From assembly GCA_030685015.1 (NCBI GenBank), contig JAUXWS010000043.1:26844-90843 (forward strand): a DNA stretch of 64,000 bases, read 5' to 3'. A program made the translations under genes and the position numbers. This stretch comes from a bacterium. Lineage in GTDB: Bacteria > CAIWAD01. The notes below the pieces were generated by a model. The model did not search any database and had not been told where the DNA came from. It saw only the letters and a program-made list of their open reading frames with translations. This document shows positions 18,870 through 28,353 of this stretch, piece by piece (positions within the stretch are counted from its first letter, which is position 1; the number at the start of each line of letters is the position of its first letter).

Positions 18870-20207
18870 TCAGCTCCCACCTCGCGCCGGCTTGTCGAGG
18901 GCGATGGCCCAGGCGCCGCCTGCGCCAGGGCGTCCGGGCTGGTCCGGACGCAGACTGCGCCAAGGTCGCCATTCTCGCCCCATGTCCACCAGGGACTCCG
19001 CGGGCACCAGATCCGGCCTGGGCCGCAGCCCTTCCCGTTCCGCCAGGGGCAGCACCTGCTGGCCGTTCTCGCGGGGGTCCATGCTGCAGGTGCTGTAGAC
19101 CAGACGCCCGCCCGGCGCCAGGAGCCCCGTGGCGTGGGACAGGAGCGACGCCTGCAGCTCCAGCAGCTCCGGACTGACCGGATCCTCCTTGCGCAGGATG
19201 TCCGGGCGGTGCCCCACCGTGCCCGAACCCGAGCAGGGCAGGTCCAACAGGATGCGATCCCAACCCTTCTCCGTCACGGCGCGGGCATCCTCCTGCCGCA
19301 GGCGGGCCCGGCCCGCCAGGCGCCGCTCCAGGCTGCGGGCGCGGCCGGGATGGGCCTCCACCGCGGTCAGCTCCACTCCGGGACAGGCCTCAAGCATGGC
19401 CAGGGACTTGCCCCCGGGGGCCGCGCACAGATCCAGCACGCGCATGCCCGGCATCAGGTCCAAGAGGTCCAGCGCGCCCCAGGCGCTCAGGTCCTGGACG
19501 TGCAGGCGGCCATCGGCCAGGGGCGGCAACTGGGCCAGGCCCGCTGCGGGAATCCGGCCCAGGCGCAGGAAAAAGGGACATTCAGGAGCGGCCGAGGGCT
19601 CCAGCCCAAGGCGCGCCAGATCCTCCTCCGCCTCCGCCGCCGTCCAGCGTTGCCGGTTGACCCGCAGCCACAGGCCGCGGCCGCGGTAGAGATCCTGCCG
19701 CAGCCGGTGGAGAAAGGGGCGCTGCCAGGCGGCGGGACCCTCCAGCCGCCCGATCAGGTCCAGGAACCAGGGGGGCAGCGAGAAGGCCACGCCCAGCAGG
19801 CGGCGCTCCTCGGCGCTGCGGGCGGTCTGGGGTCCGGGCAGCGGGGCAAGCGGCTGGTTGTCCCGGACCAGTCCCCGCAACACGGCGTTGACCAGTCCCC
19901 GCTCCGTGGCCGACACCCCAGACAGTGTTTCCAGCAGATTGTCCAGCACGGCATGGGCGGGATGTCCCATCTCCAGCAGCACCAGGCCCAGGCGCAGGGC
20001 GGCCTGCACCCGCGGGCGGGGCGCCCGCCGCAGCCGGGCGGCCAGGACCCAGTCGTGGCGGCGCCACTCCTCCAGCCCATAGCGCACGAGGGCCGTGCGG
20101 CGCGCCGAGGCCGCGCCGGCGGTGGAGCCATCCTGCAGGAGGCGATCACTCCAGGCGCCCTCCTCCAGGCGGACCATGTCCTCCAGCAAGGCAGCCAGTT
20201 CCACCAC
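18870..20207 (-). CDS. rsmB: 16S rRNA (cytosine967-C5)-methyltransferase RsmB/Sun.
   Basis: N-terminal NusB-like region. C-terminal SAM-dependent methyltransferase fold with LDLCAAPGGKS, DLPCSGSG and TCS motifs. Confidence 0.85.
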   Translation of the reverse strand: MVELAALLEDMVRLEEGAWSDRLLQDGSTAGAASARRTALVRYGLEEWRRHDWVLAARLRRAPRPRVQAALRLGLVLLEMGHPAHAVLDNLLETLSGVSATERGLVNAVLRGLVRDNQPLAPLPGPQTARSAEERRLLGVAFSLPPWFLDLIGRLEGPAAWQRPFLHRLRQDLYRGRGLWLRVNRQRWTAAEAEEDLARLGLEPSAAPECPFFLRLGRIPAAGLAQLPPLADGRLHVQDLSAWGALDLLDLMPGMRVLDLCAAPGGKSLAMLEACPGVELTAVEAHPGRARSLERRLAGRARLRQEDARAVTEKGWDRILLDLPCSGSGTVGHRPDILRKEDPVSPELLELQASLLSHATGLLAPGGRLVYSTCSMDPRENGQQVLPLAEREGLRPRPDLVPAESLVDMGREWRPWRSLRPDQPGRPGAGGAWAIALDKPARGGS

Positions 20208-20222
20208 GCCTCCGGCATCATC

Positions 20223-21032
20223 TCAGGGCAGACGCATCGCCTCGCGCTCCGGACGGAAGGCCTCCCGCCAGCGGGCCGCCCCTTCCATCTCCCCGGCGTC
20301 CAGGGCGCGGTCCTCCAGGTCCAAGCCGAAGACCTCGGCAAAGCCCTCCCGCAAGGCGGCGGCCACTTCCGGGAAGGCTGGAGGGCGACCCAGCGCCTCG
20401 GCCAGGCAGGTCGTCTCGCGGGCCAGCTTGCCGGCGGCTGCCTCCCGCAGGCGCGGCTCATCGAAGAAGAGCGCGCCGATGCGCAGGTGTCCCGGCCCGA
20501 TGATGACGCTGCCGTGTTGCAGCAGGCCCTCGCGCAGTTGCCGCTGGGCGCTTCCCACCAGCTTCCGGTTCTGCCACAGCACCTCGCTCTGGGCCGTGGC
20601 GGCGAAACAGAGGCCGCCCGTCTCGCGCCGATAGGCGGCGGCGATGTCCACCCGGCGGGCCTCCTGGCTCAGTTCCAGACCCAGGCCGGCCAGGCCCGTG
20701 GCGAGGGCGGCATTGATGCGCTGATAGGCCTGGGGCAGGTTGCCGCAATGCAGGGGCGAGTGGGCGGGGATGGCCACGCAGTAGGTCAGCTCCTCGTCAT
20801 GGAGCACGGCCCGGCCGCCGGTCTCGCGCCGCACGGCGGGAATGCCCGCCTCCCGCGCCCGGCGCGCCATCTCCGGCGTCCAGGCCTGGCTGTGGCCCAG
20901 CGAGAGGGTGGCGGGACGCCAGGAGTAGCAGCGCAGGGTGAGGGGCGCGCCGCCGCCGCGGGCCAGCACGGCATCCACCGCCATGTTCCAGAGGCCTTCG
21001 CCTTCCGGATGAATCAGCCAGCGGCCTTTCAT
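20223..21032 (-). CDS. Lipoate-protein ligase / octanoyltransferase family protein (BPL_LplA_LipB domain).
   Basis: Conserved RRETGGRAVLHD and K-containing (NRKLVGSAQ) motifs of the LplA/LipB catalytic domain. Its stop overlaps the lpxA gene end region (4-nt spacing pattern). Confidence 0.7.
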   Translation of the reverse strand: MKGRWLIHPEGEGLWNMAVDAVLARGGGAPLTLRCYSWRPATLSLGHSQAWTPEMARRAREAGIPAVRRETGGRAVLHDEELTYCVAIPAHSPLHCGNLPQAYQRINAALATGLAGLGLELSQEARRVDIAAAYRRETGGLCFAATAQSEVLWQNRKLVGSAQRQLREGLLQHGSVIIGPGHLRIGALFFDEPRLREAAAGKLARETTCLAEALGRPPAFPEVAAALREGFAEVFGLDLEDRALDAGEMEGAARWREAFRPEREAMRLP

Positions 21033-21811
21033 CCGGGCAGGATGCCCCGCTCGGACTGTTCCACGAAGCGGATGATCAGGTCCGCGTCGGCTTCCCCGGC
21101 CGCTTCCTCGCGCAGGCGGGCCAGGGCCTGGCTTGCATTGTGGCTTCCCTTGCCGAAGAAGAGGCGATAGTGGTCGCGGATGCGGCGCAGGCGCTCCGGA
21201 TCGAAGCCGCGGCGCTTGAGCCCGACCAGGTTGAGGCCGCAGTACTTGAGCGGCTTGCCGTTGGCCAGGACGAAGGGCGGGACGTCCTTGGTCACTTCCA
21301 TGCCGCCGCCCACGAAGGCGTGGTCGCCGATGTGGACGAACTGGTGGACGGCCACCAGACCCCCCAGGGTGACGCGCTGGCCGATGTGGACGTGGCCCGC
21401 CACCTGCACGCCGTTGACCAGGATGCAGCCGTCGCCCACCTGGCAGTCGTGGGCCAGATGGACGTAGGCCATGATGAGGCAGCCCGCCCCCACCCGCGTG
21501 GCGCCGGATTCGGCCGTGCCGCGGGAGAGGGTGGCGAACTCGCGGATGACCGTGCGCTCCCCTACTTCGAGCAGGCTGTCCTCCCCCTCGAACTTGAGAT
21601 CCTGGGGCAGGCAGGAGACACTGGCCCCCTGATGGACCTCCACGCCCCGGGCCAGGCGGGCACCGGCATGGATGACGGCGTGGGGCCCGATGCGGCAGCC
21701 CTCCCCCAGCTCGACGTTCTCCTCGACATAGGCGAAGGGACCCACCTCGACGCCGGCGCCCAGCCGCGCCGCGGGATGGATCACCGCGCTGGGATGGATG
21801 AGCGGGCTCAC
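21029..21811 (-). CDS. lpxA: Acyl-ACP--UDP-N-acetylglucosamine O-acyltransferase LpxA.
   Basis: Hexapeptide-repeat left-handed beta-helix (IHPSAVIHPAARLGAGVEVGPFAYV...) with a C-terminal helical domain. GTG start at 21811 overlaps the lpxC/fabZ stop (GTGA). The provided 367-aa ORF is N-terminally extended. Confidence 0.85.
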   Translation of the reverse strand: MSPLIHPSAVIHPAARLGAGVEVGPFAYVEENVELGEGCRIGPHAVIHAGARLARGVEVHQGASVSCLPQDLKFEGEDSLLEVGERTVIREFATLSRGTAESGATRVGAGCLIMAYVHLAHDCQVGDGCILVNGVQVAGHVHIGQRVTLGGLVAVHQFVHIGDHAFVGGGMEVTKDVPPFVLANGKPLKYCGLNLVGLKRRGFDPERLRRIRDHYRLFFGKGSHNASQALARLREEAAGEADADLIIRFVEQSERGILPG

Positions 21812-23193
21812 TTGTCCACCACCATGGCGCTCATCTCGGCGCTGGTGACCAGCTGCCCGTCCACGTAGGCCTTGCCCTCCATCAGGCACATGCCGCGCCT
21901 CTGCTTGAGCATGGTCAACTCCATCACCAGCTGGTCGCCCGGACGCACCGGCTTGCGGAAGCGCACTTTGTCCAGGCCGGTGAAGTAGACCACCTTCTCC
22001 TCCGGCCGGTCGTAGCTGTTGAGGAGGAGGATGCCCCCCGTCTGTCCCATCGCCTCCACAATGAGGACGCCGGGCATGATGGGATGCCCCGGGAAATGGC
22101 CGGGGAAAAAGGGCTCGTTGATGGTCACGCATTTGATGCCCCGCACGAACTCGCCGGGCTTCAACTCGGTGATGCGGTCCACCAGCAGGAAGGGATAGCG
22201 GTGGGGCAGGATGCGCTCGATGGCGGCGGCGTCGAAGACCTCCTCGCTCAGGCGCTGCTGGTACTCCTTCTGCAGGCTCTTGCGCACGGCCTCCTGCTTC
22301 AGCTGGCGGACGAGGGCGACATGGGCCGTGTGACCGCCGCGGGCGACGAGGACATGGGCCTTGAGGGGCTGGCCCAGCAGGCAGAGGTCGCCGGCCAGAT
22401 CCACCACCTTGTGCCGCACCGGTTCGTTGGGCCAGTGCGGCTCCTGATCGCCCAGGATGCGCCGGCCGGCGGCCAGCCGCTCGCGATCGATTGTCACGGA
22501 GAAATGCTGCTCCAGGCTCCTGAGGTCCTGGTCGGCCACGTCAAGAAAGACAAGGGCGGCGTCCAGGCTGCCGCCCTGGATGAGGCCGCGGCGCTGCAGC
22601 TCCAACAGCTCGCTGGCGAAGCAGAAGGTGCGCGCCGGGGCGAACTCCTGGATGAATTCGCTCCAGCCGTACATGCTGGTGTACTGGGTGCCCAGGGCCG
22701 GGTTGGCGTAGTCCACCATGTAAGTGACGCGGAACTCCTCGGAGGGCACGACCACGATGTCGATGCCGCTGTCGTCATGGTAGACCACCGTGCGATCCAC
22801 GCTGAGGAAATCGCGCGGCTCCTCCAGCTCGCGGATGCCGGCCTGCTGCAGCACGGCGATGAAGGCCGCCGCCGAGCCGTCGAGAATGGGCGGCTCCGGC
22901 CCGTCCATCTCGATCAGGCAGTTGTCGATGCCCAGCCCGGCCAGGGCCGCCAGCAGATGCTCGGCGGTGTGGACACGCACGCCGTCCACCGCCAGGACCG
23001 TGCCGCGGTCGGTGCTCACCACGTGTTCGATGGTGGCCGGGATGTCCACGACGCGCTCCCCCTCCCGCCGGCGGAAGACCAGCCCGTGTCCGGCCGGGGC
23101 GGGCAGGAAGGTGACCGTGCAAGGGGCGCCCGTATGCAGGCCCAGCCCCGCAATGGTGGCGGAGTCCTCGATGCTTCGCTGGTTGAGGTTCAT
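21808..23193 (-). CDS. lpxC/fabZ: Bifunctional UDP-3-O-acyl-GlcNAc deacetylase / (3R)-hydroxyacyl-ACP dehydratase (LpxC-FabZ fusion).
   Basis: The N-terminal ~300 aa carry LpxC motifs ([37 protein letters not shown]). The C-terminal ~150 aa form a FabZ hotdog ([12 protein letters not shown]...[16 protein letters not shown]). The fusion is characteristic of Bacteroidota and related FCB lineages. Confidence 0.9.
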   Translation of the reverse strand: MNLNQRSIEDSATIAGLGLHTGAPCTVTFLPAPAGHGLVFRRREGERVVDIPATIEHVVSTDRGTVLAVDGVRVHTAEHLLAALAGLGIDNCLIEMDGPEPPILDGSAAAFIAVLQQAGIRELEEPRDFLSVDRTVVYHDDSGIDIVVVPSEEFRVTYMVDYANPALGTQYTSMYGWSEFIQEFAPARTFCFASELLELQRRGLIQGGSLDAALVFLDVADQDLRSLEQHFSVTIDRERLAAGRRILGDQEPHWPNEPVRHKVVDLAGDLCLLGQPLKAHVLVARGGHTAHVALVRQLKQEAVRKSLQKEYQQRLSEEVFDAAAIERILPHRYPFLLVDRITELKPGEFVRGIKCVTINEPFFPGHFPGHPIMPGVLIVEAMGQTGGILLLNSYDRPEEKVVYFTGLDKVRFRKPVRPGDQLVMELTMLKQRRGMCLMEGKAYVDGQLVTSAEMSAMVVDK

Positions 23194-24272
23194 GCCTCTC
23201 CTTCCTCCGTGCCTTCTGCCTCAAGGGAGGACAAACGCTCCTCCAGCCCGGCCAGGCGCCGTCCCAGTTCGCGGGCCTGGCGTTGCAGCTCCGGCAAGTG
23301 GGCCAGGGCCGCTTGCTGCTGAAGGAACTCGCGATGGGGACGGGCCGGGAATCCGGCGTAGATGCGGTCGTCGGGAACGGAGCCGGTCACACCGCTGCCG
23401 CCGCCGATCTGCACGCGGTCGCCGATGCGGATGTGTCCGTTGATGGCCGTGGCGCCGCCGATGCGGCAGTCCGCCCCCAAGCGCGTGGAGCCGGCCACGC
23501 CGGACTGGGCGGCGATGAGGGTGCCCGGCCCCACCTCCACGTTGTGGGCGATCTGGATGAGGTTGTCCAGCCGCGCCCCGTGCCGGATGATGGTGTCTCC
23601 CATCGTGCCGCGGTCCAGGCAGCAGTTGGCCCCGATTTCCACGTCATCCTCGATCACCACGCGGCCGGCCTGGGGAATCTTCAGGGAGCCGCCCTCGGGC
23701 AGGGGGGCGAAGCCGAAGCCCTCGGCCCCCACGATCACGCCGTTCTGCAGGAGCACGCGGTTGCCCAGGACGCAATGCTCCCGCACCTGGCAGCCGGTGT
23801 GGATGAGGCAGTCCTCGCCGATGTGGGCTCCGCCATAGACCGTGGTCTGGCCCAGCAGCCGGCTGCCCCGCCCGATGACCGCCCCCGCCTCCACCACGAC
23901 CTGCGGCCCCAGCCAGCTCTCGGCGTGGACCTGGGCGTCCGGGGCGACCACGGCGCTGTCGTGGCGTCCCCACCCGGGGTGGGGCGGCGCCGGATGGAAG
24001 AGGCGCATGGCCAGCGCGAAGGCGAGGTAGGGATCGGGCACCACCAGCGCGGCGCAGCCCGCCGGGCAGAGGGCGCGGTCCTCCTCGCGCAGCAGCACCG
24101 CTCCCGCCCGGGTGGCGGGCAATTGCGGCCGGTAGCGGGGGCTGGCCAGGAAGCTGAGATGCTCCGGGCCGGCCTCCTCCAGGCCGCGCACGCCGCGGAT
24201 GACCCGGCCGACATCCCCTTCCAGGGCCGCTTTCAGTTCACCGGCCAGATCGGCCAGGGAGAACCGGGGCAT
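23190..24272 (-). CDS. lpxD: UDP-3-O-acylglucosamine N-acyltransferase LpxD.
   Basis: N-terminal uridine-binding domain, long hexapeptide-repeat region, and a C-terminal helix. Trimmed to MPRFSLADLAG. Its stop overlaps the lpxC/fabZ start. Confidence 0.85.
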   Translation of the reverse strand: MPRFSLADLAGELKAALEGDVGRVIRGVRGLEEAGPEHLSFLASPRYRPQLPATRAGAVLLREEDRALCPAGCAALVVPDPYLAFALAMRLFHPAPPHPGWGRHDSAVVAPDAQVHAESWLGPQVVVEAGAVIGRGSRLLGQTTVYGGAHIGEDCLIHTGCQVREHCVLGNRVLLQNGVIVGAEGFGFAPLPEGGSLKIPQAGRVVIEDDVEIGANCCLDRGTMGDTIIRHGARLDNLIQIAHNVEVGPGTLIAAQSGVAGSTRLGADCRIGGATAINGHIRIGDRVQIGGGSGVTGSVPDDRIYAGFPARPHREFLQQQAALAHLPELQRQARELGRRLAGLEERLSSLEAEGTEEGEA

Positions 24273-24273
24273 G

Positions 24274-24858
24274 TCACTTGCCGCCGACGGGCGTCCGCGG
24301 AGCGGCACCCTCACCCTTGGCCGCGCCGGCCCCGCCCTGGAGCTTTTCCAGCACTTTCTGGTTGAGATTGATGTCGATGCTCTCCTCGCGCACATAGACG
24401 ATGATGGGCATGGAATTGTCGAGGATCATGTCATAGCCCTCCTCCTCGGCGACAACGCGGATGGCATCGTTCACCTTGTTGACGAGGGGTTCCATCAGCT
24501 CCTTGTTCCGCCGGAAGAAACGGCCGTTCGGCTCGGCGTAGATCTCGCTGCGGAACTCGTCCAGCTGGGCGATCTTGCGGTCGATGTTGCTGCGCCGCTC
24601 GGAGCGGGAGACGGGGGAGAGCGTGTTCTCCTGCAGGCGGAAGTCGCCCACCTCCGCCTCGATCTCCGCCTCGCGGGCGATGATCTGGCGGTCCCAGTCC
24701 TCCTTCTCCTCCCGCAGGGCCCGCATGCTGGTCTGGTATTCCGAGTAATTGGACAGAACCTGCTCGGAGTTGATCACACCCAGACGCAGGTCCTTGGCCA
24801 TGGCCGGCGGCAGGACCACCAGCAAGGCCAGCAGCAGGGGCAGTGCGACTTTCTTCAT
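24274..24858 (-). CDS. skp: OmpH/Skp-family periplasmic chaperone.
   Basis: Signal peptide (MKKVALPLLLALLVVLPPAMA). Coiled-coil-rich, Lys/Glu-rich, about 190 aa. Lies between bamA and lpxD as in many Gram-negatives. Trimmed from the 251-aa ORF. Confidence 0.75.
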   Translation of the reverse strand: MKKVALPLLLALLVVLPPAMAKDLRLGVINSEQVLSNYSEYQTSMRALREEKEDWDRQIIAREAEIEAEVGDFRLQENTLSPVSRSERRSNIDRKIAQLDEFRSEIYAEPNGRFFRRNKELMEPLVNKVNDAIRVVAEEEGYDMILDNSMPIIVYVREESIDINLNQKVLEKLQGGAGAAKGEGAAPRTPVGGK

Positions 24859-24946
24859 GACGACTCCTTCCGAGTTGGTGTTTGCGTTTGGATGGCAAGC
24901 GCGGGGGCGGCAGGGAGGCCCTCGCCGTTGGTGGGCTGCTTGCCGG

Positions 24947-27256
24947 CTAGAACTCCCGTCCGAACTGGAAGTGGAACTCCCATTTGCCCTGGCGCAAGCC
25001 GGTGCTGGAACTGACGCGGTCGAAGCCATACGCGTAATCCAGGCCGATGAGGCCGATCATGGGCATGTGCAGGCGCAGGCCCAGGCCCGCGCTCTTGTCC
25101 AGATCGCTCAGGGATGAACTCTTCAGGTTCTTCCAGACCTTGCCCGCTTCGCCGAAGACCAGGCCGTAGACCGTGGGGTTGGGGATGAGCTGGAAGCGGA
25201 TCTCCGTTCCCGCCTTGAACTTGATGCGACCGCCGTCCTCGCCCGTGCCCACGCTGCGGTCGCTGTAGCCGCGCAAAGGGGTGCCCAGGCTAAGGCCGCT
25301 GCCGCCCATGAAGAAGCGCTTGATCCAGGGCACCTCGTCCCGGGCGCCCAGCCCGTCCACGATGCCCGCCTCCAGGCTGTTGTAGTGGATGAACTTGCCC
25401 AGGAAAGGACTGTAACTGCGGGCCTCCAGGGTGTAGCGCTGGAAATCGCGCTCCCCCCCCAGGTAGCCGCCACCGATCTCGCTGTCCAGGCGCACGGTGG
25501 AGCCGTTCTGAGGGAACTCCGGGTGGTCGCGGCTGTCCCGCACGAGGGAGACGGACAAGGTGGAGGCCAGCTCGGGATCGTCCTCGTAGATGCCGCGGCG
25601 GTTCAGCTCCGCGCGGGAGCTGCTGACAAAGTTGGTGTAGACCGTCTCCTCCAGGCGGTAGGTGCTGGAGACGCGGAAGTAGTTGTCCGGCCAGGTGAGG
25701 CGCTTGCCCAGCGTCACGCTGCCGCCGCGGCTCTTCTGGTCGAAATCCCAGTTGTAGGTGCGGGTCCGCTGGATGTCGAAGACGCGGAAGCCGGCGAGGA
25801 TGGGCCGATCGAAGAGAAAGGGCTCCTGGAACTCCAGGTTGAGGCTGCGGTAGCTGCGCGCGAACTGCCAGTCGAAGGAGAGGGTCTGGCCGTTGCCCAT
25901 CAAGTTGTTGAGGGAGAACCCGATGGAGCCGACCAGCTTGTCACGCTCGCTGTAGCCGGCGCTCATCATGATCTGGTCGGTGTTCTTCTCCTTGACCTCC
26001 ACCGTCAAGTTGACCTGGTCGGCGCTGGCGATGTCCACATCGGGGTTGACCGCCTCGAAGTAGTTGAGGATGGTCAGATCGCGCAAGCTGCGGCGCAGCT
26101 TGCCCACGTCGAAGGTGTCGCCCGGACGCAGGTGCATCTCGCGCCGAAGGACCTTCTCCTTGGTCTTGTCATTGCCGGCGAAATCCACGCGCTTGACCGA
26201 GAAGACGTTGTTCTCGGTGATCTCGAAGCGGATGTCGATGACGGCCTCGTCCCGGGGCAGCTCCACGGGGCGGACCTGGGCTTGGATGTAGCCCCGGTTG
26301 TAGTAGAGGTCGTGCAAGCCCTCCTGCACGCTCTGCTCCAGCTTCTTGCGGGAATAGGGATCCCCCGGCCGCAGCGAGATCTGGCGCTGCAGCTCCTCCA
26401 CCGTGAAGACCGTGTTCCCCGCCCAGCTGATCTCTCCCACCTCGTAAAGGCGGCCCTCATAGAGGTGGACCAGCACCTTGAGGTCCCGGCTCTGCTCGTC
26501 CACCCAGACACTGTCGGACAGGACGCGGGCATCCCGGTAGCCCAGGTTGTGCAGGTAGGCGACCAGCAGGCCCTTGTCCACCTCGAAGGCCTCGCGGTCG
26601 AACTTGCCGCTGCGGAAGATCATGCGGGGGCGGGTCTTCTTCATGCGGCGGATCAGCTTGGCATCGGACACCTGTTCGTTGCCCTGGATGATCACCTGGT
26701 CGATGCGGATGCGCTGGCCTTCCTTGACCACCACGTGGAGATCGCCCTGCCCCTCTTCGATGTTGCGCACCGCCACCTCCACCTCGGCCAGGCGGAAGCC
26801 TTCCTTCTCATACAGATCCTGCAGGGTGCGCCGCGCTTTGAACATCTCCAGCTCGCCCACGGGCAGGCCGACGGTGACCACCCCCTTGAGGGCGTCGCGC
26901 AGGCGGGTCTTGCCCAGCTTGTCGTTGCCCACGATCTCCAGGCTGCGCAGCCGGGGCAGCTCCTCCACCTGGATTTCCAGGTAGATGCCCTCGCTCAGCT
27001 CGCGGGCCAGCAGCACCTCGACGGAGCTGAAGCGCTTGAGGCTCCACAGCTGGCGGATGGCTTGCTGCACATCCTCCCCGCGCAGGGCGGAGCCCACGCG
27101 CAAGCCGCTGTTGATGCGGATGAGTTGTTCGTCCGTGGTGCTGTTGCCGGTGACGGTGAGGCCCAGCAGGGTGGGTCCGCCGGCTTCGCCGCGGGCCTGG
27201 GCGAAGGCGCCGGCGGCCGCGCAGAGGAGCCAGAACAGAAGGGTGAGTTGGCGCAT
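24947..27256 (-). CDS. bamA: Outer-membrane protein assembly factor BamA.
   Basis: Signal peptide, multiple POTRA-like repeats (VxxI.I.GN...), and a C-terminal Omp85 beta-barrel ending ...FHFQFGREF (C-terminal aromatic). Trimmed to MRQLTLLFWLL. Confidence 0.9.
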   Translation of the reverse strand: MRQLTLLFWLLCAAAGAFAQARGEAGGPTLLGLTVTGNSTTDEQLIRINSGLRVGSALRGEDVQQAIRQLWSLKRFSSVEVLLARELSEGIYLEIQVEELPRLRSLEIVGNDKLGKTRLRDALKGVVTVGLPVGELEMFKARRTLQDLYEKEGFRLAEVEVAVRNIEEGQGDLHVVVKEGQRIRIDQVIIQGNEQVSDAKLIRRMKKTRPRMIFRSGKFDREAFEVDKGLLVAYLHNLGYRDARVLSDSVWVDEQSRDLKVLVHLYEGRLYEVGEISWAGNTVFTVEELQRQISLRPGDPYSRKKLEQSVQEGLHDLYYNRGYIQAQVRPVELPRDEAVIDIRFEITENNVFSVKRVDFAGNDKTKEKVLRREMHLRPGDTFDVGKLRRSLRDLTILNYFEAVNPDVDIASADQVNLTVEVKEKNTDQIMMSAGYSERDKLVGSIGFSLNNLMGNGQTLSFDWQFARSYRSLNLEFQEPFLFDRPILAGFRVFDIQRTRTYNWDFDQKSRGGSVTLGKRLTWPDNYFRVSSTYRLEETVYTNFVSSSRAELNRRGIYEDDPELASTLSVSLVRDSRDHPEFPQNGSTVRLDSEIGGGYLGGERDFQRYTLEARSYSPFLGKFIHYNSLEAGIVDGLGARDEVPWIKRFFMGGSGLSLGTPLRGYSDRSVGTGEDGGRIKFKAGTEIRFQLIPNPTVYGLVFGEAGKVWKNLKSSSLSDLDKSAGLGLRLHMPMIGLIGLDYAYGFDRVSSSTGLRQGKWEFHFQFGREF

Positions 27257-27342
27257 CCGGTGCGGGGAGTCCTGTCTTGTTCTATCGTGGGTAGGAAGGT
27301 AGAGAGAAGGCCCGGCAAAACCAATGCGGGCCGGGTCGGGCT

Positions 27343-28353
27343 TCAGGCGGGAAGCGGGCCGCCGGGATGGTCCCACTGGTCCAACAGGTCCAGGAGGGCG
27401 GCCTCGGCGGGCAGGCGGCCTGAAGCCACCTCCTCCTCCAGGCGGCGGCGCAGGTCGCTCATGGGGCGGGGTCCGAAGACGCGCTCGAGCACGGCCTCCT
27501 CGGTCATCAGGCGGAACCAGCGGCGCTCCTGCTCCAGACGCAGGGCGTGCAGGCCCCCGTCGGCGGAACGGGCCGCCCGGCAGGCCAGCACCTGCCGCCA
27601 GACCTCGTCCAGGCCCTCGCCGCTGGCGGCGCTGCAGGCCAGGACCTGCCGCGTCCAGGCGGCCGGGCCCTCCCCCATGGACAAATGCAGGGCGACGGCC
27701 ATGTCGGCCTGGGTGCGCAGGGCGGCGGGGCGCGTGTCGCCGTCGGCCTTGTTGACGGCAATGATGTCGGCCTGCTCCATCACCCCTCGTTTGATCCCCT
27801 GCAGGTCGTCACCGGAGGAGGGCAGCAGGAGCAGCAGGAAAACGTCCACCAGGTCGCGCACCGCCACCTCGCTTTGGCCCACGCCCACTGTCTCCACCAG
27901 CACCACGTCAAAGCCGGCCGCCTCGCAGAGCCGCAGGCTTTCGCGCGTGCGCCGCGCCACGCCGCCCAGGCTGCCGCCGGAGGGGCTGGGCCGGATGAAG
28001 GCCTCCTCCCGCGCCGCCAGCTTCGCCATGCGGGTCTTGTCCCCCAGGATGCTGCCGCCGGAGACGCGGCTGGAGGGATCCACCGCGAGGACGGCCACCC
28101 GGTGCCCCGCCTCGATCAGCCGGCAGCCCAGGGCGTCGATGAGAGTGCTCTTGCCGGCGCCGGGCGGGCCGGAGATGCCCAGGCGCAGGCTGCCACCCGT
28201 GTGGGGAGCCAGGCGGCGGAGCAGCTCGGCGGCACGGCGGGCGTCCTCCGGGCGGCGGCTCTCGGCCAGGGTGATGGCGCGGGCCAGCAGGCTGCGATCG
28301 CCGGAGAGGATGCCGGCGGCGAGGGTCGCCAGATCGGGTGGCCGGCTGATCAT
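27343..28353 (-). CDS. meaB: Methylmalonyl-CoA mutase-associated GTPase MeaB (ArgK).
   Basis: P-loop GPPGAGKST; G-protein switch motifs ([15 protein letters not shown]). The stop overlaps the mutB start. Confidence 0.85.
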   Translation of the reverse strand: MISRPPDLATLAAGILSGDRSLLARAITLAESRRPEDARRAAELLRRLAPHTGGSLRLGISGPPGAGKSTLIDALGCRLIEAGHRVAVLAVDPSSRVSGGSILGDKTRMAKLAAREEAFIRPSPSGGSLGGVARRTRESLRLCEAAGFDVVLVETVGVGQSEVAVRDLVDVFLLLLLPSSGDDLQGIKRGVMEQADIIAVNKADGDTRPAALRTQADMAVALHLSMGEGPAAWTRQVLACSAASGEGLDEVWRQVLACRAARSADGGLHALRLEQERRWFRLMTEEAVLERVFGPRPMSDLRRRLEEEVASGRLPAEAALLDLLDQWDHPGGPLPA

